Origin: Lama glama
Lineage: Eukaryota
DNA length: 64,000 bases
Assembly (NCBI GenBank): GCA_028534125.1
Contig: CM052817.1
Span: 91,018,001 to 91,082,000 of the forward strand
Direction: 5' to 3'
The notes below the pieces were generated by a model. The model made no database searches and was not told where the DNA came from. It saw only the letters and a program-made list of their open reading frames with translations. A program made the position numbers and the translations under genes. Below are positions 24,701 to 36,975 of this stretch, one piece after another (position 1 is the stretch's first letter; each line of letters begins with the position of its first letter).

Positions 24701-26454
24701 TTGCTTCAGTGAAGTGTTATCTATGAACAAGCCATCCCAGCACATGATAGCATAAGCTAACAAAGCCTGAAGTCCAGTGGAGGCCACCTCCTCACCTCGT
24801 TATATTACCTAAGACCAGTAGCCAGTGTTGCTATGACAACTTTTCAAAGTAGCCTTATTGAAGACCAAGAAAAAAAAAACCCCTCCAAGCACAGATTATG
24901 CCTACAGGACATGAAAGAGTTGGTCAATTCAGTGGAAGGTAAATGGTCAGGACAGCTCTTAAGTGTTATTCAGAGACCCTCCACGCCCCCAATTTTGAAA
25001 ATTGTCTGAAAACTTCACTTACACCGTTATGAAAGTATACAGAAGTTTCTTTAGAAACCTTAATACAATAATTACATAGGACCCCAAAAGGTTGCCCTTT
25101 CTGGTTCCTATGATCAAAGTGTGATTTTCCTCTGTCCCAGTATCAGCATCCCACATTGCAGATTTTTATAGCCCACTTGATATTCAAGCCCCAGGAGGGA
25201 GGAACTTTGATGTGGAGAAGCAAGCCCAAGTGGGAGATGGGCAAGTCCCTGGAGCACAGCGACTCCACGGACAAGGACCATCAAAACAAGACAGAGTGAA
25301 GGACTTTTCCTCGTTTTCTGATTCTACCAAGAAAAAAACATTACCTCCCTTAATAATTATTTATTTTCCAGTTTCCACAAGTGGTTCTCGTGATAATTGC
25401 TAACTTTGTGAAATGTTAGAACACTGACACGTGTGTAAAGCAAAGTGCCTTTTTGACATTTATGAAGAGCTGATTCTCTACAAATATAGAACAGTGGTAA
25501 TCATCACAAGAACCACTCAATGGAAGAGATCAATAGTGAAGACAAATCCTCTTCTTCCATTGAAATTCAGAAGGCAAAAAAATAAAGTCCATTTTTTAAA
25601 TCTCTTTGATAAACTAGCACATTCTGTGACTTACCAAATAAGATTTAAGATCAGAGCTATGACACAGATACAGGGAAATTTTAGGAAGCAAGGAAACATA
25701 AGCCAATTGGTCTATTTCCTCTCCTCGTATAGATCTATCTATAGATAGGTGTGTGTGACTCCTTTTGAGGCAGTGGATGCTATCCTGTCACTCACCTTAT
25801 GATCTTTATTTTTTTTTTAAAAAAATCACCAACTGTGAGGAAGCTTGTAACACAAAATAAGCAATGATATCTATCACAAAATTGCTGGAAAAGCAGATAA
25901 GTTTCTGAGGGTGATTTGAGGAGGAATATTAAGTGTAAATTAGTATTCTGGTTCTGTTTGCCAGTGACATTTCTTTTTCCTCACAACAGCAGAACAGTGC
26001 TGGAGAAGGCAAAGCAGCAGCCGACACCTCTGTGAAGAGCACACTTAGCCCAAGCCAGACGCTTCTCTAAGGGCTGAAGGTGGACATGTACGCTCATTTG
26101 CCAATCAACTCTTGGTAGGTTTACATGCAGTATGAGTGCAGACCAAATCTCTACAAACCAGAAACAAGCACCATACCAGCACTGGCTGTGCCCATCTCCT
26201 GACCTTAATATGAATGCTGGGTTAAGTTTAGCATCTGACAGATCTCAGTGTGTCTCTCTGACCACCCTACCACCACCACCTCAATGCCTTTCATCATGTC
26301 TTAACATCTTAAAAAGATCAAGGATCTGATTGTTATCCCAGAGGTTCCAATTCCCACCTGGGTGATACAGATCTCTGAAAATATGCCAAGTGGCATCATG
26401 CACCTACTGAACAAATAAATCCTTATGGAGCACCTGCTCTGCCAATGTCTATAG

Positions 26455-26708
26455 GAGTATGTGGGAGAGTGGTCCAAAGCATGGACCATGGAGCCAGGCT
26501 GCCTGATTCAAATCCTGGCTCTGCCACGTGCTGGCTGGGGTGGCTTTGGACAAGTTAGTACTTAATCACTCCGTGCCTCAATATCCTCATCTGTAAAATG
26601 GGGATAATAGTTGTGCCTGCTTCAGATGGATCCTGTGAGGATTAAGGAGTGAATATATGTGAAGCATGAAGCACCTCCACAGCGCCTGGCATACATTGGT
26701 GTCGCTCT
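26455..26708 (+). mobile_element. Near full-length MIR
   Basis: ggagccaggctgcctgattcaaatcctggctctgccac ... cctcatctgtaaaatggggataata ... gtgaggattaa ... gcctggcataca. Confidence 0.9.
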
Positions 26709-27019
26709 TAGGTCTTAGCAAACCATGCTAGTGTCTGGGTATAAGGTGAATTAAGAGCTCCCCATTTCATATGCCTCATCCAGTCTGTTCTATTTGATCC
26801 ACTTCTCATCACTAAAGAAATAAGTCAAGTAAGGCATTCTTCTATTTTTTTCTTCCACATGCCTAAGGTATCCAACTAAGTGTTAAACTGCTAATCTGCC
26901 TCAGTCTTTCCAAAGCTATTTATGGTAATTAATCTCACAGTCCATTAGGACTAACTGAAAAAAAGAGGTTTGTTCTAATTTCAAAAAGGAGACACTCCAA
27001 CATTCCAATTTATTATTAT

Positions 27020-27640
27020 AATACCTACCATTTATTATTAACTACATGCTAGGCAATATGTTCAATCCTGACAAAAAAAATTCCATGAAGTGGGTATGAG
27101 TTGCCCCACTGATGAGGAAATTAGAGCTGAGAAGGACAATGTTGTCTTGCTTCATATCACACATGTAACAGAGTACCACAAGCTGTTCTAACAAACCCCT
27201 GGGTCTCAGCGGTTTGACAAAGCAAGACTCTCTTGCCTGTCTCAGTCAATGCAACGGTGGTGATCGAGATGGGAGGGGAAGCAGGCTGTGCTGCACGAGG
27301 TCATTAAAGGATCCAGGCAACCTCCGTTTTCTCAGTCCTCTTCCAAATCCCCTGCCCCCTAAACCTTCTCCAATCAGATGGCAGAGGGGGAAAGGGAGAG
27401 AGGGTCACATACGATGGAAGGTTATATTTCTGGCCCAAGGCTGAAAGTGGCCCATTCTACTCCTACCACTCTCATTCCAGTAGCGAGAATTAAGTCACAT
27501 GGTCACACCTGAACTACAAGGGAGGCTTGGAAATTTGGCTGCTCTGTGCCACTCCTTCTCACAGTCTCTGGGACACACTGCCAGTAAATAGCAGAGCCAG
27601 GTCCTGAACCAGATCCACTGGCTCCAAAGCCCTCACTCTG
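27020..27640 (-). mobile_element. MIR fragments flanking an old MLT1 (MaLR) LTR fragment (~27160-27550)
   Basis: MIR-like gatgaggaaattagagctgaga on the left and gtaaatagcagagccagg ... ctccaaagccc on the right. MLT1 motif aagtcacatggtcacacctgaactacaagggaggcttggaaat lies between them. Confidence 0.6.
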
Positions 27641-28575
27641 CCAGCTGACTTCTCAACAGAGTGGAAGGCTGACTCACTCCATCTGGAGTCATACTTGTGA
27701 AATTTCCTTTTATTTTTATATATATATATATATATAGTTGTATACAACTATTTATTTGGCATGGTTTCTTTAATTCATCATGAAAATAGCTAAGAACACT
27801 CTATGACTTATCGGCCTACCTCAGTCTCTCACCAGCCTTTGCTTCCAGGAACACAAACCATCTCTGACTGAAAGAGCACACCCTCTGTGGGGATCCCAAA
27901 TTATTGCTGTCTCTTCAAAGTCCATATCAAAATATCACTGCTACTAAATTGAAATGTGTGACATATGAGATTCCAACTATGTATGTGACATCTGTTTAAT
28001 CATCTTCATGCACATATTCATTGGATTCTTGCCATTGAATTAATGAAATAAAAGACACATTGATGACCTGTCTGATCAATAAGTGATAAACATTATGAAA
28101 AGCCTTTAAGAACAATATCCAAAATCTGATGTGTAGATGCTACACTCAAAAAAAAAAAATTGATGACATGTTATAGTCAATGCCGGGCTACAAAATGATT
28201 ACACATTAGGGAAGGCTTGAGTCACATACAAAATAGCACCTTAGCCATGTTACCATCAGCCTAAATATAATGTAAGAGTCTTGAATTTGATTGGTTAATT
28301 CTGCTCCATGAGCAGCACACTATTGAAAATCAATTCAAGAAACCTACTAATCCTCAACAACAGAAGCCTTTATGGTCAACAATTGGAAATTTTTTATTAG
28401 CATCATTATTTCCGTTAACCAAATACTTTCAGCCTTCTGTCTTCTTAACACAAGGTAGGAGTCCACTTCCCCACCCTCTTTGAAGTTAGGCATGGCCCTA
28501 GGACTTGCTTTAGTTTATGAAATATGAGTAGAAATGACAATTGTCATACTTGGGGGAAAGATTTGAGGACAAGTA

Positions 28576-29209
28576 CAGGCAGACCTTGTTTTACTGCACT
28601 TCATGGTACTTCACAGATACTGCATTTTTTACAAATTCCAGGTTTGGGGCAACGCTGCGTTGATTAAGTCTATTGGCACCACTTTTCCAACAGCATTTGC
28701 TCACTTCGTGTCTGCGTGTCACTTTTTGGTAATTCTTGCAGTACTGTATTTTATTTTACTTTATTTTTAATTTTTATTTCTTTATTGAAGTACAGTCAAT
28801 TGCAATGTGTCAATTTCTGGTGTACAGCACAATATCCCAGTCATGTATATACATACATATATACTTTACAGTATTTAAAATTTTTTCCTTAGTAATAATA
28901 ATAGTAATAGTAATAATAATAATATTTATTATGATGATCTGTGACCAGTGATCTTTGATGTCACTATTACAATTTGCTAAAGGCTCAGATGATGGCTTAT
29001 ACTTTTTAGTAATAAAGTACTTTTAAATTAAGGTATGTACACTGTCTTTTTCTATATAATGCTATTGCACACTTAGACTACAGTATGGTGTAAGCATAAC
29101 TCTTATACGCACTGGAAAACAAAAAAAATTATGTGACTCACTTTATTACAATGTTCGCTTTATTGTGGTGGCCTAGAACCGAACCCTCAATGTCTCTGAG
29201 GTCTGCCCA
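28576..29209. mobile_element. Tigger1 internal-deletion derivative (Tigger1a-like DNA transposon)
   Basis: TA|CAGGCAGACCTTGTTTTACTGC ... GAACCGAACCCTCAATGTCTCTGAGGTCTGCCCA|TA. Both ends match the Tigger1 termini as recalled, with inverted repeats and a TA TSD. Confidence 0.88.
28746..28864 (-). mobile_element. Short L1 3' end inserted in the Tigger element
   Basis: polyT followed by tttattgaagtacagtcaattgcaatgtgtcaatttctggtgtacagc. Flanks ttgcagta / ttacagta. Confidence 0.85.
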
Positions 29210-29240
29210 TACATAATTTGCCACAATCCCATTCTCTTGC

Positions 29241-29720
29241 TGTGGTGAATTAAAAATGGCCATAAATTCTCTGTGGTTTCTTCCACCTACAGTTAGGGTC
29301 TTTCCCCTTCTTTTGAATCTAAGCTGGCCCTAGGACTTGCTTTGACCAACAAAACATAGTGAAAGTAACCATGTGAGCATTGTCTTCAAGAAGGCTTGAA
29401 ATTTCACATCTCATTCTTTATTAGAGCAATGAAGCCCAGGCTGGACTCCTTGAAGATGAGAGACCAGGTGGTTAGAGAGACCTGGCCCTCCCAGTTGCTC
29501 CAGCAATCTCAGCTGAACCCTGGACACACGAGCGAGCCAGCCGGTACCAGCCATCCTTAGCCAACCCACCAGCTGACTGTGGCTATGTAAGCACCCCTGG
29601 CAAGAACAGCAGAACCACCCAGCTAAGTCCAGCCCAAGTTGTAAAATAAACAAATAAATTGTTGTTTAAAGCCACTGAGTTTGGAAATTGTTTGTTACAC
29701 AGCAATAGGTGACTAAGACA
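29241..29720 (+). mobile_element. MLT1 (G/H-like) solo LTR
   Basis: TGTGGTGAATTAAAAATGGCC ... tttaaagccactgagtttgg ... ttgttacacagcaataggtgactaagaCA. Confidence 0.85.
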
Positions 29721-29944
29721 GCCCCATGGGCAACTGAAGAAGCAGACAGGGTGCTTATTTCTATCTGGATCTCTGGGTGAGGAGGACAGAGCAGAGTTCC
29801 TCAAAATGTATACTAGGAGTAACAGATAACCCTTTATCATTTAAGCCATTGAAGTTTTTTGTTTTTTAGGGGTTTTTTTAACTTTAATTTTATTTTTATT
29901 TTTATTTTATTTTATTTATTTTTTAGTTAAAAAAATTTTTTTTC

Positions 29945-30022
29945 CATATACAAAAATCAACTCAAAATGGATTAAAGACTTAAACATAAGACAAGATACA
30001 ATAAACCTCCTAGAGGAAAACA
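29945..30022 (+). mobile_element. L1 ORF2 internal fragment abutting the gap
   Basis: Translates [26 protein letters not shown], a conserved L1 ORF2 post-RT motif. Confidence 0.85.
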
Positions 30023-30522
30023 NNNNNNNNNNNNNNNNNNNNNNNNNNNNNNNNNNNNNNNNNNNNNNNNNNNNNNNNNNNNNNNNNNNNNNNNNNNNNN
30101 NNNNNNNNNNNNNNNNNNNNNNNNNNNNNNNNNNNNNNNNNNNNNNNNNNNNNNNNNNNNNNNNNNNNNNNNNNNNNNNNNNNNNNNNNNNNNNNNNNNN
30201 NNNNNNNNNNNNNNNNNNNNNNNNNNNNNNNNNNNNNNNNNNNNNNNNNNNNNNNNNNNNNNNNNNNNNNNNNNNNNNNNNNNNNNNNNNNNNNNNNNNN
30301 NNNNNNNNNNNNNNNNNNNNNNNNNNNNNNNNNNNNNNNNNNNNNNNNNNNNNNNNNNNNNNNNNNNNNNNNNNNNNNNNNNNNNNNNNNNNNNNNNNNN
30401 NNNNNNNNNNNNNNNNNNNNNNNNNNNNNNNNNNNNNNNNNNNNNNNNNNNNNNNNNNNNNNNNNNNNNNNNNNNNNNNNNNNNNNNNNNNNNNNNNNNN
30501 NNNNNNNNNNNNNNNNNNNNNN
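30023..30522. other. Assembly gap (500 N)
   Basis: Run of N. Confidence 1.
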
Positions 30523-30564
30523 CATGGCTGAATAGTATTCCATTGTATAAATATACCACATCTT

Positions 30565-31136
30565 ATCTGTCATTAATTACTGTAAATGTTAATGGACTAA
30601 ATGCTCCAGTCAAAAGACATAGAGTGGCAGACTGGATAATAAAGCAAGAACCATCAATATGCTGCATACAAGAGACCCACTTTAGGGAGAAGGACACATA
30701 TAGATTGAGAGTGAAAGGATGGAAAAGGATATTCCATGCAAATGGAAAAACCAAAAAAGCAGGTGTTGCAGTGCTGATTTCAGACAAAATAGACTTTAAA
30801 ACAAAGGCCATAAAGAAAGATAAAGAAAGATATTTTATAATGATTAAAGGAGTGATACAAGTTGAGGATATTATACTTGTTAATATATATGCACCCAATA
30901 TAGGAGCACCTAAGTACATAGAACAATTACTAACAGAGATAAAGGGGGATATTGATGGGAATACAATCATAGTTGGAGATTTTAACACCACATTAACATC
31001 ACTAGACAGATCTTCCAGACAGAAAATAAATAAGGCAACAGAGAAATTAAATAATACAATAGAAAACTTAGATTTGGTGGATATTTTCAGAGCATTACAC
31101 CCCCAAAATAGGATATACATTTTTTCTCAAGTGCAC
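30565..31136 (+). pseudogene. LINE-1 ORF2 endonuclease (APE-like) domain fragment
   Basis: ORF 30543-31148 contains NVNGLN, CCIQETH, KKAGVAVLISDK, NIYAPN and VGDFNT motifs. It has no ATG (the track start is TTG), appears frameshifted near LHP, and is truncated before the C-terminal catalytic residues. Confidence 0.95.
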
Positions 31137-31140
31137 AGGG

Positions 31141-31881
31141 TTTTTTAAATTGAAGTATAGTTGGTTTACAACATTGTGTTAATTTCTGGTATATAGCATA
31201 GTGATTTTATATATATATATATACACACACACACATATATATGTATACACACACACACACACACGTATTTTTTCATTATATTCAAGGTATTGAATATAGT
31301 TCCCTGTGTTCTACAGTAGGACCTTGCTGTTTATCTTTTTTATATATAGTAGTATCTGCAAATCCTGAACTCCCAATTTATCCCTCTACCCCACCCCCAC
31401 CTTTTCCCCCTGGTAACCACAAGTTTGTGTTCTTTGTCTGTGAGTCTGTTTCTGTTTTGTAAGTAAGTACATTTGTGTCACTTTTTTAGATTCCATATAT
31501 AAGTGATATCATATGGTATTTTTCTTTCTCTTTCTGGCTTACTTCACACAGAATAACAATCTTTAGGTCCATCCATGTGCAGCAAATGGTGTTATTTTAT
31601 ACTCTTTTATGGCTGAGTAGTATTCCGTTGTATATCTATAGCACAACTTCTTTATCCAGCCATCTGTCGATGCACATTTAGGTTGCTTCCATGTCTTGGC
31701 TGTTGTATATAGTGCTGCTATGAACATTGGGGTGCATGTATCTTTTCAAATTAGAGTTCCCTGTAGATATATGCCCAGGAGTGGGATTGCTGGATCATAG
31801 GGTAAGTCTATTTTTAATTTTTTAAGGAATCTCCATACTGTTTTCCATAATGGCTACACCAAACTACATTTCCACGAACAG
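31141..31881 (-). mobile_element. L1 3' end; its tail continues at ~29859-29870
   Basis: aattgaagtatagttggtttacaac ... ctccatactgttttccataatggctacacc. TSD AAGCCATTGAAGTTTT (29843-29858) / AAGCCACTAAAGTTTT (31882-31897). Confidence 0.9.
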
Positions 31882-33713
31882 AAGCCACTAAAGTTTTGAA
31901 GTTGTCTTTTACTACTCTAGTCAACCCTGACCGATTCTGAAATTGGTACCAATAAGTGAAATGCCACTCTACCAGAAGAAAACTAACATGTGAGGTCAGG
32001 GAGTGGACAGAGATGAAACCAGCATCAGAAGCTGCAAGGATGACAACCCCTATCACACAGTGACATGGTATCTAGTAAAATGTTCACCTGTGAAAACTCG
32101 AAGGCAAAAATGTGCCAAATGAATACATAGCTCCAAGGGAGAGTGACGAGGACATAGAGCAAAGGCCCACGGCCACCCTACAATGGGCCCTTGGTATGAG
32201 CAAGAAATAGACCTCCCATTTTTAAGGCCTTAAAATGTTTGTGGTTGATTGTTTTCAGAGCATGTCCTGACTGATACAGCCTCTGAGCTATTCTTAACAC
32301 TAAAGTGATGTCTGTCAGCACTGAAAGGGGAAAGACACCAGTCATCGCTTTACCGTGGCCCACAGAGAAATGTTCCCAGCAAAGTCAACATGAGAAATAC
32401 TGAACTGGAACATAAAGCTTATGGCTCTGGAATACTGGGTAATGAAAACAGGCAAACATTCAAAACAACCTCACTTTCTTCAGTAAAAGCATCAGGTAAC
32501 CTATGGAGTACAGGGCTACAAATAAGGAGAAACCCAGTGAAAGAAGAAAGAAAAAAAAGGTTCGTTTGGGATTTTCTCCTCTTTTAATATTTCCTGATGG
32601 GTTGGGAGTTCTTTGCTACAAATGACAACACTGGAGAAAACATAACTCCCCCAAAATGATGAATAAGCCTATAATTCTTTGTATCATTGTGCAAGACTGT
32701 TACAAGCAAACACATAGTTAGGGTGTTACGTAGAATGTGAATCAGAATAAAAGAAAAGATTTTGTCTCATTTTTTAAATTTGGATTCAGAGTTAGTTTTT
32801 GAGTAATGCAATTTTCGCAAAACTGCAGGACACAGAGCAGCTGGTAAAAAATTTACAGTGATTCTTTAGACCTACCCCAGCTCTCCTCTGATATTTTTAT
32901 AGACCTAACCTTCCCTCGACCTTTCTTCCTTCTGGAACTGCAACCACCATACTTGAAGTGTGCAAAAGAGGACTTAGATATCAGCTGGAACTCCAGGTTG
33001 GGAGTGAGATTTAAGTGTAATTGATATCGGGCATCAGACAAATCTCAACCAAGGGAATGAGTCTGTCCGTCTCAAGCAGCAGGCTTATACATGCCCACAT
33101 CCGGGATTGATAGATGTGTGCTGCTGTTTCATATACACCAAGGTGACCCCATCCACTCAGCCTGCCATAGCAGTGATTCTTGAATAAATGCCCCCAACTG
33201 AGAAAGAAGTGCAAAAAGTGATTCTCACAATCCAGACTCATCATCAGAATCAACATCCCTGAGCTCCAACGACTGAACCACACCAGGCTGACCCTGGGGA
33301 GCCCAGGAGTTCATCAGCCCCACTTTGTGCAGCAACAAATGGAAATTTTCCCTCCAAAAGGCCTGCTGATTTTCATGGAAATGGACATCAGCCCAGTATT
33401 AATACCGGCGGGGCGGCTAATAAAGCAAATATCAATTTTCCAAGAAGGCTGTTGGTATTGGCTACAAGCACAGAAAACAGCCAAGAATAAAGCAAATAAA
33501 TCCAAGGGAGGGAAAATATTACACTTCGGAAGAACTATGAGCAGAATAGATAATTTTAAACTATTTGGTCATTTAACTGGGAAAGAGTTGAATGCAGGAT
33601 TACTGAAATTTGAAAAGTGGTGTATTTATGATTCCCAGATACAAATTTTTCCAACAAAATGGGCACCACTACAGAATTCTAACTTTTCCATTTAATATAG
33701 ATTGGGGAATACC

Positions 33714-34165
33714 TTTTTTATTCATTTTTTTAAGTTGAAGTATAGTCAGTTTACAATATTGTATTAATTTCTGGTGTACAGCATAATGTTCCAGTTATAT
33801 ACATATTTCTTTTCACATTCTTTTTCATTATAGGTTACTACAAGATATTGAATATAGTTCCTTGTGCTATCCTGAAGAAACTTGTTGTTTAATCTATCTT
33901 ATATATACTAGTTAGTGTCTGCAAATCTCGAACTCCCAATTTATCCCTTCCCTACCCGCTTTCTCCTCCATGGAAACAAAAGTTTGTTTTCTATGTCTGT
34001 GAGTCTGTTTCTGTTTTATAAATATGTTGATTTGTGTCTTTTTTCCTTAGAGTCCATATATAAGTGATATCATATGGTATTTGTCTTTCTCTTTCTGGCT
34101 TACTTCACTTAGAATGACAATCTCTAGGTTCATTTATGTTGCTGAAAATGGCATTATTTTGTTCT
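33714..34165 (-). mobile_element. L1 3' end
   Basis: gttgaagtatagtcagtttacaat ... gttgctgaaaatggcattattttgttcttt. Confidence 0.92.
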
Positions 34166-34332
34166 TTGCCTTTTTAAAAAAAAAACAGTGTTTGCCTCAG
34201 GCTGAGTCACTTTCCTTTCTCTAACAGTGCCTGTAGTTGAGAAATGTGGGGCTTGGTGATGTTATATAGTTATCAACTTGTGAAGTACCTTATTCTGTTA
34301 TTTACCATATCCTTTACAAGTTAAGTGCTGCA

Positions 34333-34530
34333 ACTATATATAAAACAGAAGAACAACCAGGACCTACTGTACAGCACAGAGAACTATATTCAATTTCTTA
34401 TAATGAGCCATAATGGAAGAGAAACTGAAAAAATATACATGTACATACGTATATGCATAACTGAATCACTTTGCTCTATACCTAAAACTAATACTGTAAA
34501 TTGACTACAATAAAAAAATAAGAATTTTTT
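34333..34530 (+). mobile_element. L1 3' UTR fragment
   Basis: ggacctactgtacagcacagagaactatattcaa ... ctgtaaattgactacaataaaaaa. Confidence 0.88.
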
Positions 34531-35606
34531 TGAAAAAAGAAATTCAGTTCTGCAATAGTTTTCTGATGCTTGGATTCTTTCCATAGATGAGTTTAAATAT
34601 AAATACATAGCTCAATCCCTGCCACCACCTCCATATTCAAGAATATAGTAATAGAAGACCCAGTGAACTTGTAGGTTCAGTGAAAAGAAGGATGTCTCCA
34701 TCATTATTCCCAGGGGAGGAATATAGCATTCTGTCAAAAGACCCCTGAAACCACAAAAAAAGGGATAAGTTACCTTAAAACAGGGTTTGTTTTGTTTGTT
34801 TTTATATTTACACAGATTTTTTTCCTCCAGCTTTATTGAACTATAATTGGCATATAACACTGTGTAAGTTTAAGCTGTAGAATGTAATGATGTAAAACAT
34901 GTATAACTTGCAAAACAATTACCACAGGAAGAGTAGTTACCACATTCTCACCTCAAGAAAGATTTTAACTATATTCATTTCGCACAAAAAGAACTCAATG
35001 AAAAATCAGACAAAACCATTTTTAATATCAAACCAAATGATGTGATGAGCTTTTAATTATTTAGTTTGATATTATCTAGGCCTGAACTATGTGGATGATA
35101 AAATATCAAAGGGATTTTTTTTCTTGCCTCTAATTTGGGCTCTGTGTTCTTCACCCCTTGGTTGATACTAGTTTCAACAGACAAATTTTCAACCCATGGT
35201 CCGCCACTTTATCCCTGGTAAAGGAAAAAATTCTATTATCTCTGCAGCCTCATGTCCCCCATGCACCCGTACCGCGCCCTCTTCATTCACCTGTAATCCT
35301 GCCTCACTAGACCACTTGACATTTCCCAAACATGTCAGACTTTCTCGCCTCCCTATGCTGCTCTCCATGGCTGAAATGTCCTTTCCCCACTCCTTTGCAG
35401 TCAAATCCTAATCAAACCCAGTGCCAGTTCCTCAACACAATTTCCTCTAACAACCCCTGGCACAATGAACAGAACTTTCCTCCCCATCCCTAAAAACTTT
35501 GTTCAGGTGGCCACTCTGGCAATCACTATGGAATCACGTGCTCTAAAAACAGACGTCATTCTTTAGCCATCATCATCTCCTGACTATCTCGTAGATTGCT
35601 GTATGC

Positions 35607-36417
35607 TGTATTAGTTCTCGATTGGTGCAAAAAAAAAAAATTACCCCAAAACATAGTGGCTTAGAGCATCAACTATTATTTAACAGTTTCTGTGAGTCAG
35701 GAATCTGAGCAAGGCTTAGCTGGGTTTCCTAGCTCTGGGTCTTTCATAGGCTGTCACCAGGCTGTCAGGGGCCACAGTCTCATCTGAGGGCCCAGCTGGG
35801 AGTGGACCTGCTTCCCAGCTCACTCCAGTGGTGGCTGGCTGGCAGGTTTCAGTTCCACATCAGCTGTTGACTGGAGGCCGTCCTCCGTTCCTGGCTACCT
35901 GGGTCTCTCCATAGGGTAACACACAACATAGCATCTGGTTTCATCAGAGCAAACAAGTGAGAAGGCGAGAGAGTGCCAGCAAGAGAGAGAGAGCATGCTG
36001 GCAAGACAGGAGTTACAGGCTTTTGTCATGGTAGCGACATCCCATCACTTGTGCATGTTCCCTTTGTTAGACGTGACCCACTAGATCCAGCCTACACTCA
36101 CTACACTAGGGCATGAGTACCAGGAGCTGGGATCATTGAGAGCTGTATCAGAAGCTGTGTCTCATTTAAAAAAAAAAAAATTACCATACATAAAATAGAT
36201 AAGCAACCAGGACCTACTGTATAACACAGGGAACTATATTCAATTTCTTGTAATGAGCTGTAATGGAAAAGAAACTGAAAAAATATTTATATATGTATGT
36301 ATATGTATAACTGAATTGCTTTGCTGTATACCTGAAACTAACACTGTAAATCAACTATACTTCAATAAAAAAAAGAAAGAAGAAAGAAAGAAAGAAAAAA
36401 AGATGCTGTGTCTCACA
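35607..36417 (-). mobile_element. MLT1 solo LTR, interrupted at its extreme end by an L1
   Basis: tgtattagtt ... ttaccccaaaacatagtggctta ... cagtttctgtgagtcaggaatctg ... ggcttagctggg (antisense MLT1). Confidence 0.85.
36165..36400 (+). mobile_element. L1 3' UTR fragment
   Basis: TSD AGAAGCTGTGTCTCA (36150-36164) / AGATGCTGTGTCTCA (36401-36415). L1 3' end with an A/GAAA tail. Confidence 0.9.
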
Positions 36418-36609
36418 TAAGTCTTACAGAGGAAGCATTCAGTAAGGATTTATTTATAAAAGTAGAAAAGGAATGTGACATTTTCTTCAAATATCCTTAG
36501 TTGTATGATCAAATTCCATTAAGTTTAAGGTTATGTAGTAATAGAAATTATACAAAGCCTATGTTCAGAAACACAGTTTTGAAATAGGCATCTCAAAGGC
36601 AACGTGACT

Positions 36610-36975
36610 GTGTAATTTTAATAAGTAATACCAGCTACTGTAACTAACAAACCCAACAACTCAATGGCTTCGCATAATAAAAGTTTATTTCTCACTCTTG
36701 TCACAGGGAGTGCAGGGCAGTTCTCCTAAATGGCTCTCATCCACACAGTAGGACACCGTCATCTCTAAAACCCCAGGAGGATAAGAATGTATATGGATGA
36801 TTATAAAAGGATTTTCACGACCAGGACTGAAAATGGCATCCATCACTTCCCCTCAGAGCCCACTGACCAGAAACCATTGACATGGCCCCATGCCAGCTGT
36901 ACACAAGGCTGGAAAATGTCGGCTTTCTACATGCCCAGAGAAAGGAACAGACTGGTGAATATCTAGCCAATCAAT
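36610..36975 (-). mobile_element. Old MLT1 LTR
   Basis: ctactgtaactaacaaaccc ... tcaatggcttcgcataataaaagtttatttctcactc ... ggctggaaaatgt. Confidence 0.7.

Larger units (their letters stand above)
28440..31940 (+). mobile_element. Old MLT1 LTR broken into pieces by nested insertions
   Basis: MLT1-like segments at ~28440-28573, 29212-29240, 29721-29858 and 31882-31940 appear collinear after the inserts are removed. Confidence 0.6.

Noticed and set aside
29972..30573. 187-195 aa ORFs
   Set aside because: Artefacts of reading through the 500-N gap.
30543..31148. 201-aa ORF as a functional or domesticated gene
   Set aside because: It is an L1 endonuclease fragment with a TTG start from the inverted arm, an apparent frameshift and C-terminal truncation. 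Lack of stops is explained by young age.
33390..33425. Palindrome GTATTAATAC next to the GC box GGGGCGG
   Set aside because: Too short to distinguish from chance without conservation data.
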